64,000 bases of DNA from Sedimentisphaerales bacterium (GTDB taxonomy: Bacteria; Planctomycetota; Phycisphaerae; Sedimentisphaerales; Anaerobacaceae). Location: the NCBI GenBank assembly GCA_963708075.1, contig OY970194.1, positions 6,400,001 to 6,464,000 on the forward strand. The letters are read 5' to 3'. The position numbers were made by a program, and so were the translations under genes. Below, piece after piece: positions 9,603-19,602 of the stretch. Below the pieces are notes generated by a model that ran no database searches, was not told where the DNA came from, and worked only from the letters and a program-made list of their open reading frames with translations. Each line of letters begins with the position of its first letter. The first letter of the stretch is position 1.

Positions 9603-10559
9603 ATGCTGTGCTTGATTCATAATTGGAAAAGAGCGAGTACGAATAGCCGTACGTTATGGGTCGTTCCTGCAGTCCTGGCCATACTGGCCGCGCTGACCTG
9701 GACTGTTGGGGCCCAGGAGACGAAACAGAGGACATTCTCGTCGCCCGAGGCGGCGTTGACGACCTTGGTGGAAGCATCGCAGGCCGGGGACAAGGAGAGT
9801 GTGTCGGCCATCCTGGGGCCTGAGAGTGAAGAACTCATCTCTTCCGGAGACCCGGTGTCGGACAAGGCGGATCGGGATCGGTTTCTGGCCGCCTATGCCG
9901 AGAAAGCCGATCTCGCCAAGACAGGGAACGACCGGGTCGAAGTCGTTCTTGGCAACGATAACTGGCCCTTCCCGATCCCTATCGTGAAGAAGGGGGACGG
10001 TTGGCTCTTTGACACCCAGGCGGGCAAAGAGGAGATTCTGAATCGGAGGATCGGCCGGGACGAGCTCAACACCATTGAGGTCTGCCAGGCCTACGTGGAA
10101 GCTCAGCACAAGTATGCCAGTGCGGACCGCGAGCAGGACGGGATTATCCAGTATGCGCAGAAGATTATCAGTGATCCAGGCAAGCGCGACGGCCTATATT
10201 GGCAAGTGGCAGAAGGAGAGGTCCCGAGCCCGTTAGGCCCATTCATGGCGAACGCGGCGACGGAGGGGTACAAGAAGGCTGACAAGCCGATTCCCTTTCA
10301 TGGATACTATTTCCGGATTCTGACGGGGCAGGGATTGAAAGCGGCGGGAGGGGCTTACAACTACGTGATCAATGGTCACATGGTGGCAGGGTTCGCGCTG
10401 GTGGCATGGCCGGCGGAGTATGGCAGTTCGGGGGTGATGACATTCATGGTGAACCGCAATGGGATCGTGTATGAAAAGGACCTGGGACCCGCGACTGAAG
10501 AAATAGCGAAGACGATAACGCTCTACAATCCGGACCAGACCTGGAGGAGGGCGCAGTAG
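9603..10559 (+). CDS. DUF2950 domain protein
   Basis: WPFPIPIVK, EILNRRIGRDEL, PFHGYYFRIL, AWPAEYGSSGVMTF; usual partner of DUF3300; start uncertain. Confidence 0.92.
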   Translation: MLCLIHNWKRASTNSRTLWVVPAVLAILAALTWTVGAQETKQRTFSSPEAALTTLVEASQAGDKESVSAILGPESEELISSGDPVSDKADRDRFLAAYAEKADLAKTGNDRVEVVLGNDNWPFPIPIVKKGDGWLFDTQAGKEEILNRRIGRDELNTIEVCQAYVEAQHKYASADREQDGIIQYAQKIISDPGKRDGLYWQVAEGEVPSPLGPFMANAATEGYKKADKPIPFHGYYFRILTGQGLKAAGGAYNYVINGHMVAGFALVAWPAEYGSSGVMTFMVNRNGIVYEKDLGPATEEIAKTITLYNPDQTWRRAQ

Positions 10560-10635
10560 GCGTATCGGATCACGTCCCTGATTGACAAGCTTTCGGCTTG
10601 AAATGGCCAGGCCGATGCCGCCAGGGGATGGCTAC

Positions 10636-10682
10636 AAAAAACGAAACGGGGCGGGAGCGACGGTTGGTCGCTCACGCCCCGT
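10636..10682 (-). terminator. Intrinsic terminator between convergent genes
   Basis: ACGGGGCG-G-GAGCGAC/GTCGCTC-A-CGCCCCGT stem followed by a T-run on the minus strand. Confidence 0.7.
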
Positions 10683-10711
10683 GTGAAAACCGGTTCATAT
10701 TCTCCGGCGGA

Positions 10712-13700
10712 TTACTTCTTTTCCTCGCCGAGGTCGTCGTGGGTGCCGGCCACGGTGATGCTCTGGGTGGTCAGCAGCGACGGTTTGGTGTAGAGCATAA
10801 AGGACATGTCTTCGCTGCGGCCGGTCTGATCGGTCAGCTCGACCCAGGGGTAGTTGGCGGCGATGGTCATGTAGTTGATGGCCACGGCGTCGCTGTTGCT
10901 GCCGGCGCCGGCCAGCGTCATCACGTCCACTTCGCTCAGGGCGACCTTGAAGACGCGAACGTCATCGATCAGCCCGCTGAAGAACTCATCGTCGCCCGCG
11001 CCGTTGGCGCCGATGGCCAGCGTCGAAACCACAGGTGTGGTGAAACCTCTCTGCTGGGTCGCCGTTGCCACGAGCTGCCCATCGACGTAGATGTCCATGG
11101 CGCGGGTCATAGCGTCATACGTGGCGGCCACGTGGTACCATTGATTCGCCGTCAGGCTGTCCGGACCCTGCCACGTGTTCTGTCCGACGCGGAAGTGCAA
11201 ACGGCCCTCGGCGTCCAGCCACAGACCGAAGCGGTTGCCATTGAGGCTGGCGCGATCGTACTCCATGATCGCGTGCCACCGGCCCCGGGTCTCTCTCGGG
11301 AAGATCCACGCGGAGAGGGAGAACGAGTTGGGGGCGAAATTGAAGCCCTTGGGCCGCTCGACCTTGACGTAATCGCCTCGTGCGGCGAAATCAAGTGCAC
11401 CGGCGAGCCAGCCGCCATCGGGCCGCCAGACGGGCCGACCCATCAGAGTGCCATGGTTGCTATTGCCCGAGCTGTCGGCGGCGACGGTGCCGGTCCGCTC
11501 GTCGAGTTTCCAGTAGCCCAGCATATCGGCGCCCGACAGGTCCCACCCGCTGTGCGGATGGTTGGTCCAGCCCCACGGATAAACGATGGTCCTCGGGTCT
11601 TTGTACATCGCGACCACGCCGAGCCACAGGACGCCGTTCTTGCCGTCCTGACGGAACCAGTTGGCCTGCGGCAGGTGGACAGTGTAGCGATACACCGGCT
11701 CGGAGCCTCTGACGCTCGAGCTCGTGGGCTCAGGATGCTTATCGAAGCCGACCATGACTTCATCGAACTGCTCGGCCTTGTACTCCCAGAGTTTCTGGCC
11801 GGGATGGTTGAAGCCCTTCGTGCTGTCGGCGGCATCTGTCCAGATCGACAGCATGAAGTAGTCGGGCTTTCGCGGAGCGGGCATCTGGGTGCATTCACAG
11901 GCCTGATAGCCGTAGCCGATATATGAGCCCCACCAGGCGATGCCGGTGACCGGGGTGGTTCCGTGGCACCTCCAGTCATCGGCGACGATGCGTTGAAGCG
12001 TCGAGCCGGTCCCTGCCTGCTCGGTATCGATGGTGAACGCCAGGTCGATCCGTCTGCCCGAGGACGGATGCTCCCGCGGATAGCTCAGGTCTCTCCAGGA
12101 GCCCTGGAAAGGCTCGATGCCACTGCCCCAGACAGCGGCGTCATTCCAATTCGTGGCGGCTGTCTTCCAGCCGAACCGCGTGGCGGTACTGCCGGGCGGG
12201 TGAATCAGCGAGGCCTGGGCCACCAGCCAGTAGACGACCGGCTGGCTCGACGTGCCCGTCTGCCGGAATGCCTCGTTCGAGGGGATCCTGAAGGTGTACT
12301 TGTACACCATTCTGTGATTGTCACGATCATAGGTGCTATCGGCCGGGCTGTAGAAGCTCTCGGCTTGTCCCTGCTGCGGCTGGACGGTGAACCCGCCGCG
12401 AGAGAACTCCTTGCGCCACAGGACCCTGCCCGGCATGCTGAAGCCGGTGGGGCTGCGGGTCGCCGGGATGTCCTCGCGGATGCTCAGCGTGAACTCGGCG
12501 TTCTCCGCGCTGCCGCTGGGCAGAATATCCTCATACCAAGAACCCCAAAGTGTGATGCCTGTGATCGATCCGGTTGTTTTGCATTCGAAATCATCGCCGC
12601 AGATCGTGTCGGCCCCGGTCGGGGGGATGTCCGTGGTGATATCGACATCGACACCCGTCGTGGTCGTATCGGGGTTCTGTGTCCACTTGGCCACGGCGGA
12701 GGCGCTTTCGACGCCCTGAGACTTCTCATCCTCGTAGTGCGGCCAGTTGCGGAGTCCGCCAAAGACCTGCTCCCACTTGATGAACTCGGGATTGGTGGCC
12801 AGCTCGAACGCCATATCGTACGGGTCGAGCCTCTGACAGGTCAGCGAATCGGTGATCGGCTGGGCTGTAGCCACGTCCAGGGTATTACCCACGGCCAACT
12901 CGTTGCGGCGGACATCCGCCTTGACGGCGGCGTCCATCCACGACTGCGGCCGGGTCTTCCAACCCCAGAGGAACTCCGGTTCCGGCAGGCCGGTATAGAC
13001 CGCCGTGATGCTGATCCAGAAGATGCGGTCCGTCGTTTGCGTCTCTACGAAATCAGCCTGCAGGAAGTACTCGCGTTCCTGGAGCTCCAGCAGGTATTGG
13101 TAGGCGGTGTCCGCCGCCTTACGGGGGAACTGATCGCTGCCGACGCGTTCCTGCTGGACCCTGTCGGCGGGGACATTGATCAGCCAGAGGAGTCTGCCGG
13201 GCCGGCTGAACTGGTAGCCGGCGTCCGCCCGGACGTTGCTCCAGAACGCGATCCGCCAGGAATCAGGTTCTCTGCGGGGCGACGTGTCCTGGTCCCAGCC
13301 CGCGTACGAGCCCCACCAGTGAATCGTGGTCACCGGCATGTCGCCCGTGCAGCGGTAATCATCGGCTACGAGTCGCCAGGTGGCAGTGCCGCTCCCCAGC
13401 GGCTTGCTGACGTATGCCGGCTGATCCCAGCCGCAGTACACGGGCATCTGGGAATCCGGATCGTACTCGATTGGCGGCTGCGACCACTTCTGATGCTCCA
13501 GCGGCGGCTTGACCGGCACGAGGGCGTCCTCGACGCGGACCATGTAGTCCTCGACTTCGCCATCGGCGGCGAGGCCCTCATAATCCAGGCCTCGCACTGT
13601 GCTGAAGCGGAAGCGTGCGAACGTCTCACCCGCCGCGGCCTTCGCCGGGACGGCTAACGTCAGCCGGTTGACGCCGGCGGTCAGTGTGGTATCGACGAAA

Positions 13701-15952
13701 ACGTGCTCGCCTGCGTCGTCCCAATCCCCGTCGGCATTCCAGTCGAACCACGCATTGAGGCTGCCCTGCACGGAGGCGGTGACTTGGACGTCGGCCGTTT
13801 CACCAACGACCAGGCTGGCGAACACCACGCCGTCCTCATCATCGACGCCATTACTGTCGTCACCGGTGGCCAGGGCATTGGGCTGGCCGTCAAACTCGCC
13901 GTCCACACGGCTGCCGAGGTAGACCGTCGGGGAAATCAGGTGGCTGGCGCCATTGCTGACCGACAGTGTCGAGTATGTTGGATCAGGGGCATCGCCGAAA
14001 TCAGTATCCGCCATGTCCGGGCCCGTGATGACGAAGGCCAGGTCGAGGGGTTTGCCCGCGTATTCATGTTCGTCCGGATAGGCCATGGACAGCCATCCAA
14101 ACACCGGATGACGCCAGACAGCCTTATCGCTGAACTGCAGTCTCTGCTCGGTCGTCTCCCACCCGAACGCGTACGTGGCGTCTTCCTCATGCTTCTGTTG
14201 AATCTCCATCCAGTAGATAGTGCCTTGCTTCTGGACGAACGGCTTGTCGCTGTCCTCGAAGCAGATGTCGTACTGGAAGATTCGTTTGTCGTTCTCGGGC
14301 AGGTATAGCTTGGTCGTCGGGTCGAACCAACCCCTTTTGATGGAGCCCGAGACGTCGTGGAAATCGTAGCTGTACGGCCGGATTTCCTTGGTCCAGAGCA
14401 ACTCTCCGGGCCGGCTCCACGGGGTCTGGACGTCCGCCGGCTTGTTCGAGTAGATGTTGATCACGAACGCCAGGCTGTCCACGCTGAACGGCGGCAACAG
14501 GTCGTTCTGGAAGGAACCCCAGAAGTGAATCTCATTGATCGGACCGTTCTGGGTGCATCGGAAGTCGTCCGCGAGGCTCGTCCAGTACGTGGACACGTCC
14601 ATGCCGGTCCTCTGCTTGTCGGGCAGTTGAGCCCAGTGCATCTTATGCGAATCGCCGTTTACCCACTCGCAGAACTTCAACGGCTCGTTGGTCTTGAGCA
14701 GATAGTCTTCCGTCTCGCCGTCCGCGAAGACCCCGTCGCCGTTCCAGCCTTGCTGAACCTGGCGATCGGAGATGGTGAATCTGGCCCAGACGTATCCGCC
14801 GAGCGGCCCGATCTTGAAATTGGGAGGTCGAAGCGCGGACAGTGGCCCGCTATAGCCGGCCGGCACGGGGAAGTTGACGATCACGTGCTCGGGCACCGCG
14901 CCGTCGGGGCACTGTGCGGAACCCTGCCATTTGCCGTCCTGGTTCCAGTCGAACAGGATGTTCACATAGGCTTCACGCTGATCTTGTCTGTTGTTGGTGA
15001 CCTCGATGTCGATGGTCGCATCCCAGACGGCGGTGAGGCAGGCGTTTCCAAGTGATTCCAGAACCGTGAAATTCAACGCTCCCACGGTCCCGGTGGATGT
15101 CTTGACCGTGTATCCCCTGGGCTTGATCAGGCCGGCATCGCCATCCAGTTGTTTCTCGTCCTGGTTGTACAGGTCCGGGCTGAACGCGGGGCACTTGCCG
15201 CCGTTGCCGTCGGCCTCCAGGTCCACCTTGGGCCCGAAGTAGCAGGTCTGGCTTTGGTGCTCGACCCAGGCGGCCGGGCCCACGCCTACGCACGTCGGGA
15301 ACAAGCCCAGGACGCCGGTGGATGGATAGGCCAGGACCCCTTCGGGGGCGTCGCCGAAGTCACGATTGCCCGTGGGAGGAACGGGGGTGCCTTTGGATAC
15401 GCACTCATGTTGAATCCGCCCCTGTATGGTGACATTCTCGCCGCGGATGTCGATAGAGACCCACTGGGGGCAGAACTCCTCGATCTCGAAATTCGTGCTG
15501 ATGGCCTGCGTCCCGCGCACGGTGGTCCGGGGGAGAATCGTCTGGCGCAGGATGTAGAGCCGCTCGTGGTCGGGATTGGCTACTCGCGCCGGCAGGGGAG
15601 GCTCGGTCTGCGTGGCCGGCCAATCCAGGCTGGTCCAGTTCACAGCGATCTCGACAGTGCCGCTTTGCGTGGAGTCCAGCAGGTCCAGGGAGACGTCCAC
15701 CGTGATGACTTTCTTGAGGTCGCGATTTGGCCTGTCATTGAAGAACCACTGCGCCAACCAGTCCGTGTTGGGGTAGTAGTACCAGGAGCCGTGGTTGTAG
15801 CCGGTCCCCGATCCATCCATGATTTCCCCGTTTTGACCGACATCGACCGCGAATTGGTCTTGCACGGCGCTCGCGGTACCCAGCCCCACACACAGGACCA
15901 GCACGAGGACAGCGACCGTAAACCTGCTCAGCACTTCCTTCAGACCACTCAT
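10712..15952 (-). CDS. Large secreted protein with GEVED domains, repeated KWxQ..ADD(F/W)xC..WWGS modules and a LamG-like jelly roll
   Basis: Signal peptide after RBS GGGAGG; DFGDAP x2, GETEDY and GEVEDY, ADDxRC/GDDFEC repeats, YWKLDE...FSGLIDDVRVF. Confidence 0.88.
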   Translation of the reverse strand: MSGLKEVLSRFTVAVLVLVLCVGLGTASAVQDQFAVDVGQNGEIMDGSGTGYNHGSWYYYPNTDWLAQWFFNDRPNRDLKKVITVDVSLDLLDSTQSGTVEIAVNWTSLDWPATQTEPPLPARVANPDHERLYILRQTILPRTTVRGTQAISTNFEIEEFCPQWVSIDIRGENVTIQGRIQHECVSKGTPVPPTGNRDFGDAPEGVLAYPSTGVLGLFPTCVGVGPAAWVEHQSQTCYFGPKVDLEADGNGGKCPAFSPDLYNQDEKQLDGDAGLIKPRGYTVKTSTGTVGALNFTVLESLGNACLTAVWDATIDIEVTNNRQDQREAYVNILFDWNQDGKWQGSAQCPDGAVPEHVIVNFPVPAGYSGPLSALRPPNFKIGPLGGYVWARFTISDRQVQQGWNGDGVFADGETEDYLLKTNEPLKFCEWVNGDSHKMHWAQLPDKQRTGMDVSTYWTSLADDFRCTQNGPINEIHFWGSFQNDLLPPFSVDSLAFVINIYSNKPADVQTPWSRPGELLWTKEIRPYSYDFHDVSGSIKRGWFDPTTKLYLPENDKRIFQYDICFEDSDKPFVQKQGTIYWMEIQQKHEEDATYAFGWETTEQRLQFSDKAVWRHPVFGWLSMAYPDEHEYAGKPLDLAFVITGPDMADTDFGDAPDPTYSTLSVSNGASHLISPTVYLGSRVDGEFDGQPNALATGDDSNGVDDEDGVVFASLVVGETADVQVTASVQGSLNAWFDWNADGDWDDAGEHVFVDTTLTAGVNRLTLAVPAKAAAGETFARFRFSTVRGLDYEGLAADGEVEDYMVRVEDALVPVKPPLEHQKWSQPPIEYDPDSQMPVYCGWDQPAYVSKPLGSGTATWRLVADDYRCTGDMPVTTIHWWGSYAGWDQDTSPRREPDSWRIAFWSNVRADAGYQFSRPGRLLWLINVPADRVQQERVGSDQFPRKAADTAYQYLLELQEREYFLQADFVETQTTDRIFWISITAVYTGLPEPEFLWGWKTRPQSWMDAAVKADVRRNELAVGNTLDVATAQPITDSLTCQRLDPYDMAFELATNPEFIKWEQVFGGLRNWPHYEDEKSQGVESASAVAKWTQNPDTTTTGVDVDITTDIPPTGADTICGDDFECKTTGSITGITLWGSWYEDILPSGSAENAEFTLSIREDIPATRSPTGFSMPGRVLWRKEFSRGGFTVQPQQGQAESFYSPADSTYDRDNHRMVYKYTFRIPSNEAFRQTGTSSQPVVYWLVAQASLIHPPGSTATRFGWKTAATNWNDAAVWGSGIEPFQGSWRDLSYPREHPSSGRRIDLAFTIDTEQAGTGSTLQRIVADDWRCHGTTPVTGIAWWGSYIGYGYQACECTQMPAPRKPDYFMLSIWTDAADSTKGFNHPGQKLWEYKAEQFDEVMVGFDKHPEPTSSSVRGSEPVYRYTVHLPQANWFRQDGKNGVLWLGVVAMYKDPRTIVYPWGWTNHPHSGWDLSGADMLGYWKLDERTGTVAADSSGNSNHGTLMGRPVWRPDGGWLAGALDFAARGDYVKVERPKGFNFAPNSFSLSAWIFPRETRGRWHAIMEYDRASLNGNRFGLWLDAEGRLHFRVGQNTWQGPDSLTANQWYHVAATYDAMTRAMDIYVDGQLVATATQQRGFTTPVVSTLAIGANGAGDDEFFSGLIDDVRVFKVALSEVDVMTLAGAGSNSDAVAINYMTIAANYPWVELTDQTGRSEDMSFMLYTKPSLLTTQSITVAGTHDDLGEEKK

Positions 15953-15973
15953 AACATACCTCCCATAAGTATC

Positions 15974-16001
15974 TCGAATATCGCCATTCGAATTTCGAAT
16001 A
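15974..16001. repeat. Heptamer variant tandem repeat (TCGAATA-like x4)
   Basis: TCGAATA TCGCCAT TCGAATT TCGAATA just upstream of the RBS. Confidence 0.65.
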
Positions 16002-16524
16002 TTGACGGCGCACGGCGACCGTGATTCGTCCCAGAAGGAATCGACCTGTGTGGCTCTGTCCTCAAGCAAAAAGCGCGGCCTTGAAGTGAAAATCACTTCC
16101 GCCACCTCCGAGAATGTTATCGAACTGAAAAATCACCGTATCACTGGCGACACGATGCATGATTCTGCGTCTGCACCCCAGACGCAAGGTTTTGTGTCTC
16201 AATTTATCGGACCGGCCGCCCCAGCCGCCCTCAGTCAAAACCACATCCAGGCGGGTCCCCAATGGGGTAGCCGCCTCCATTGACTCTCGGCTGGGGTGTA
16301 AGGGCAAGTCTCAAACCCACCCCTACGAACCGGCCGGTGAAATAGAGTGCCACAATGACCTGAATATATAACGGAATTGTTGGGGATTTGTCCCGGCCGA
16401 GTCCCCGGAGGCTCTGGCACGGATTACACACGAGTTCATCGTAGCACCCCATGAAGCCTTGAGGGGCTCTGCGTTTGCCTTGACTGCTGCTTGAGGAAAG
16501 GGGCGGAAGCGGTACAATCCAGGC

Positions 16525-17664
16525 ATGAAGAGACTGTATTGGACAGAGCCTGACGTATTCGAAGCGCAAGTCGAGGTCACCGTGGCTGGGCCGAACAAGG
16601 TCACGATCGAGCCGGTCCTCTTTCATCCCGAGGAGGGTGGCCAGCCGGCGGATAGAGGCTTCATCGGCGAGGCCGTCGTGTGCGACGTCCAACTCGTGCA
16701 GGGCAGGGTGGAGCACACACTGGACCGGCCGCTCCCGGCTGGCAGGTACATCGCTCGCGTGGACAGTGAGCGACGGCTGTCCACGGCGGGCCAGCACACG
16801 GCTCAGCATATCTTGTCGGGCATCGCTGCGGCGAGGTTCGGCCTGGCGACCGTGGGCGTGCATATCGGGCTCGACGGCTCCACGATCGACTTCGACAAGA
16901 AGACCGATTGGGATATCGTGCGGGATCTGGAACGACTGGCCATGGAAGCGGTCATGCTCGATGTCCCGGTCGAGACGGCGCTGGATGATGATGCCGCGAA
17001 CGCTCGCAGTCGCCTGGGTCCGATTGAGGCGGATGTGATCCGCGTGGTCCGGATCGGCGATTACGACAGATCGGCCTGCTGCGGCGCCCACGTCAGATCC
17101 ACCGGCCGGATCGGGATCATCCGGGTGTTTGACCTGGAGAACAGAAAGGGTGGGACTCGTCTGTCGTTCACGGCCGGAAGGAGGGCCATCGAGCAGTCAC
17201 AATTCGAGACGGCCATCCTGCGAGAGCTGCGCAAAACCGCCGGCTGCGCCACGAGCGATCTGCCCTCGTTCCTGCAGAAGACCGTGGAGCGGACGAAAGA
17301 ACTGGCCAAGGAGATCGACCGGCTGTGGTCTTCGCGACTGGCGGATTTGGCGGAATCGGCCAGGGTCGCCGCGGTCGGCTCGTCCAAAGTGGGTATCCAC
17401 ATCGGCGAATTGCCAAGGGGGCTGGTTACAACGCTGGCGGGCATGATCGCCGAAGCGGTGGATGGCGCCGGCATCGTTATCAGCGCCGGCCAGATCGCCG
17501 TCAGCTCCAGGACCCTGGATGCCGGCGGCCTCCTCAAGCAGATTCAGAGCCACGCCGGCGGCAAAGGGGGAGGGTCGCCCAAGGCCGCCAATGGCAGGCT
17601 CGACAAGCCCCTGACGGAAGAGACGCTGTTGGCGATTCTCGCGGATTCACACGAGAGCCGGTAG
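16525..17664 (+). CDS. AlaX-like alanyl-tRNA editing protein with DHHA1 domain
   Basis: FHPEEGGQPADRG, QHTAQH and CCGAH Zn motifs; C-terminal GGKGGG. Confidence 0.9.
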   Translation: MKRLYWTEPDVFEAQVEVTVAGPNKVTIEPVLFHPEEGGQPADRGFIGEAVVCDVQLVQGRVEHTLDRPLPAGRYIARVDSERRLSTAGQHTAQHILSGIAAARFGLATVGVHIGLDGSTIDFDKKTDWDIVRDLERLAMEAVMLDVPVETALDDDAANARSRLGPIEADVIRVVRIGDYDRSACCGAHVRSTGRIGIIRVFDLENRKGGTRLSFTAGRRAIEQSQFETAILRELRKTAGCATSDLPSFLQKTVERTKELAKEIDRLWSSRLADLAESARVAAVGSSKVGIHIGELPRGLVTTLAGMIAEAVDGAGIVISAGQIAVSSRTLDAGGLLKQIQSHAGGKGGGSPKAANGRLDKPLTEETLLAILADSHESR

Positions 17665-18063
17665 CAACAGAAGACCGCAGTCCACCAGGGCATCGCGGCG
17701 GATGGGCAAAATGATTCGGCGCCTTCCATCCGTGAGCCTTTCAAAGCTGCCGAATGCGTAACTCCCCTACGCACCCTCTTTGCGAACTCGCACGTATGCA
17801 TAAACAGATAAAAGGGTAAAAACCGGTAGTTTATGTATTTCAAAATAGTGTGCAGCGAAAGGAAAACCAGGCGAGGTTCGCACGGCGGATTGTTGACAAC
17901 GGTTGTCTGACCGGGCTCCTGCTCTCCTTGGCCGGATACAGCAGGGTTGAGACCTTGGGGTGCGGCGTAATGCAGAGTATGCAGTCCGGAGCCTTGCCAA
18001 TGAATGTCCTGTGACGACCTCCTTCCTGAGAGCTTGCGGGACAAGAACTGAAAGGATGCAACC

Positions 18064-18246
18064 ATGGGTCTGTTAGCATGGGCATTGATCTTCCTGATCG
18101 TGGCGATTATCGCCGCGGTATTCGGATTTGGCGGGATTGCAACGGCATCGGCCGGCATCGCCCGCGTGTTGTTCTTTATCTTCCTGGTTGTCTTTGTCGT
18201 CCTGTTGCTTATGGGTCTGCTCGGCGGGCGAGGAATCACTGCATAG
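18064..18246 (+). CDS. DUF1328 (YtjA-like) small membrane protein
   Basis: [45 protein letters not shown]. Confidence 0.93.
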   Translation: MGLLAWALIFLIVAIIAAVFGFGGIATASAGIARVLFFIFLVVFVVLLLMGLLGGRGITA

Positions 18247-18433
18247 CGGGTTGGACCCATGGCGGACAGGAACCAGGAGCAGCCCGGCCGCGAGTAAAGA
18301 GAAGAATGAGACAGCTTTCAGCGGCAATGACACTCGCGGCCGGGCCTTCTGCGGAGAGCTTGCGCAAAGAGGCTACGGGTGATCTGTTTCTTCATGGACC
18401 GTCCGAAAAAAACACGAAATGCATGTTTTTTGC

Positions 18434-18463
18434 TTGACAATTGTGGTCTAGTAGTCATATAAA
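18434..18463 (+). promoter_or_regulatory. Probable sigma70 promoter
   Basis: TTGACA-N18-TATAAA with an AT-rich upstream tract. Confidence 0.5.
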
Positions 18464-18857
18464 TATCAGTGTTCGCCATGCAAGAAGCCAAGACCATGTG
18501 GTGGACGAGCCTCCATGGAGGAGGTAGAAGACACGCGACAGGGGTCACTGTCGCACACGGAAGGCAGGGAGTAGTCTGACATTTGGAAAGGGAGGTCTGG
18601 AGCGGTGAGCGATTAACACTTCTTATCGGGAACACATCCCCACGACGTGAAGCCAAGTCTCAGTGCGCCGATGACAAAGGCGGTTGAGTTCTGTGGTTGA
18701 GTATCTTGAAGCCGATCTCTGTTGACGTGCAGGATTTGGCTTGTGCGACGCGCGGGTAGAGTTGGCGGGTTCTTTACAGGGTGATCGTTGTCCTCGCGCT
18801 GAGTGCGCGAGGACGCATGGATACAGGTAACGATGTTTCGGAGATGGAGGAGCCATC

Positions 18858-19526
18858 ATGGGACACGGATGTCGCGTTTGCGCGGTGTTGTTGCTGGTAG
18901 TAGGGATGTTCGGTACGGCCCAGGCTGTCAGCACGTATTCGGGAAGCCTCAGCTATGACGGCGGGGGGATCACAGGCACCTACGGCAATTTCTGGCTGGC
19001 CAGCGGAACCGCGTTGGACTGGTCGGTCAATGCAAACGGCAATGGGACGTACACCTATACCTACGAGTTGCAGGTCCCGGACGATTCCAAAGAAATCAGC
19101 CACATGACGATAGAGGTCTCGCCCAGCTTTACGAGCAGCAACTTGCTGGAGGTCCTCCAAGGCACGATTGCTGACGACCAACCGGACGACTATCCGAAAG
19201 GCGGCGCCGATCCGGGCATGCCCAGCTCTCTTTGGGGCATCAAGTTCGAAGGAGGTGCCGGCGAAACGGACTTTGATTGGACGGTGTCTTTCATATCCGA
19301 TCGTGCCCCGGTCTGGGGTGATTTCTACGCCGTCGACGGCAAAAGGCCGGGCGCCGTAACAGCGATCTGGAACGCTGGATTCGGAAATCCGGATTTCGAC
19401 GGACCCACCGACCATATCATGGTGCCGGATTCGACCAACCATACCACCCCCGCTCCGGGAGCGATTCTGCTGGCGGGCGTTGGAATGGCCCTGGTGAGAC
19501 ATATTCGGACACGGCGCTGGGTGTAA
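18858..19526 (+). CDS. PEP-CTERM-like (PAPG variant) exosortase substrate
   Basis: Signal peptide; C-terminus TPAPGAILLAGVGMALVRHIRTRR; RBS GGAGGAG. Confidence 0.85.
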   Translation: MGHGCRVCAVLLLVVGMFGTAQAVSTYSGSLSYDGGGITGTYGNFWLASGTALDWSVNANGNGTYTYTYELQVPDDSKEISHMTIEVSPSFTSSNLLEVLQGTIADDQPDDYPKGGADPGMPSSLWGIKFEGGAGETDFDWTVSFISDRAPVWGDFYAVDGKRPGAVTAIWNAGFGNPDFDGPTDHIMVPDSTNHTTPAPGAILLAGVGMALVRHIRTRRWV

Positions 19527-19541
19527 CACCATGATCATTCA

Positions 19542-19602
19542 CGGATGGGCGGGCCGGTGATCCTTCACGACTTTCGATCACCAGCCCGTCCTTCCGTTTT
19601 TC
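19542..19602 (+). terminator. Probable intrinsic terminator
   Basis: GGGCGGGC-C-GGTGATC/GATCACC-A-GCCCGTCC stem, then TTCCGTTTTT. Confidence 0.6.

Noticed and set aside
11963..13657. Long antisense ORFs (also 26892-28850, 42821-44821, 46241-47788 and others)
   Set aside because: Shadow frames of high-GC genes on the opposite strand
16337..16352. sigma54 promoter for the GEVED gene (TGGCACTCTATTTCAC, minus strand)
   Set aside because: The -12 GC dinucleotide is absent
17780..17883. Imperfect long inverted repeat upstream of DUF1328 as a MITE
   Set aside because: Arms short and bulged, no target duplication
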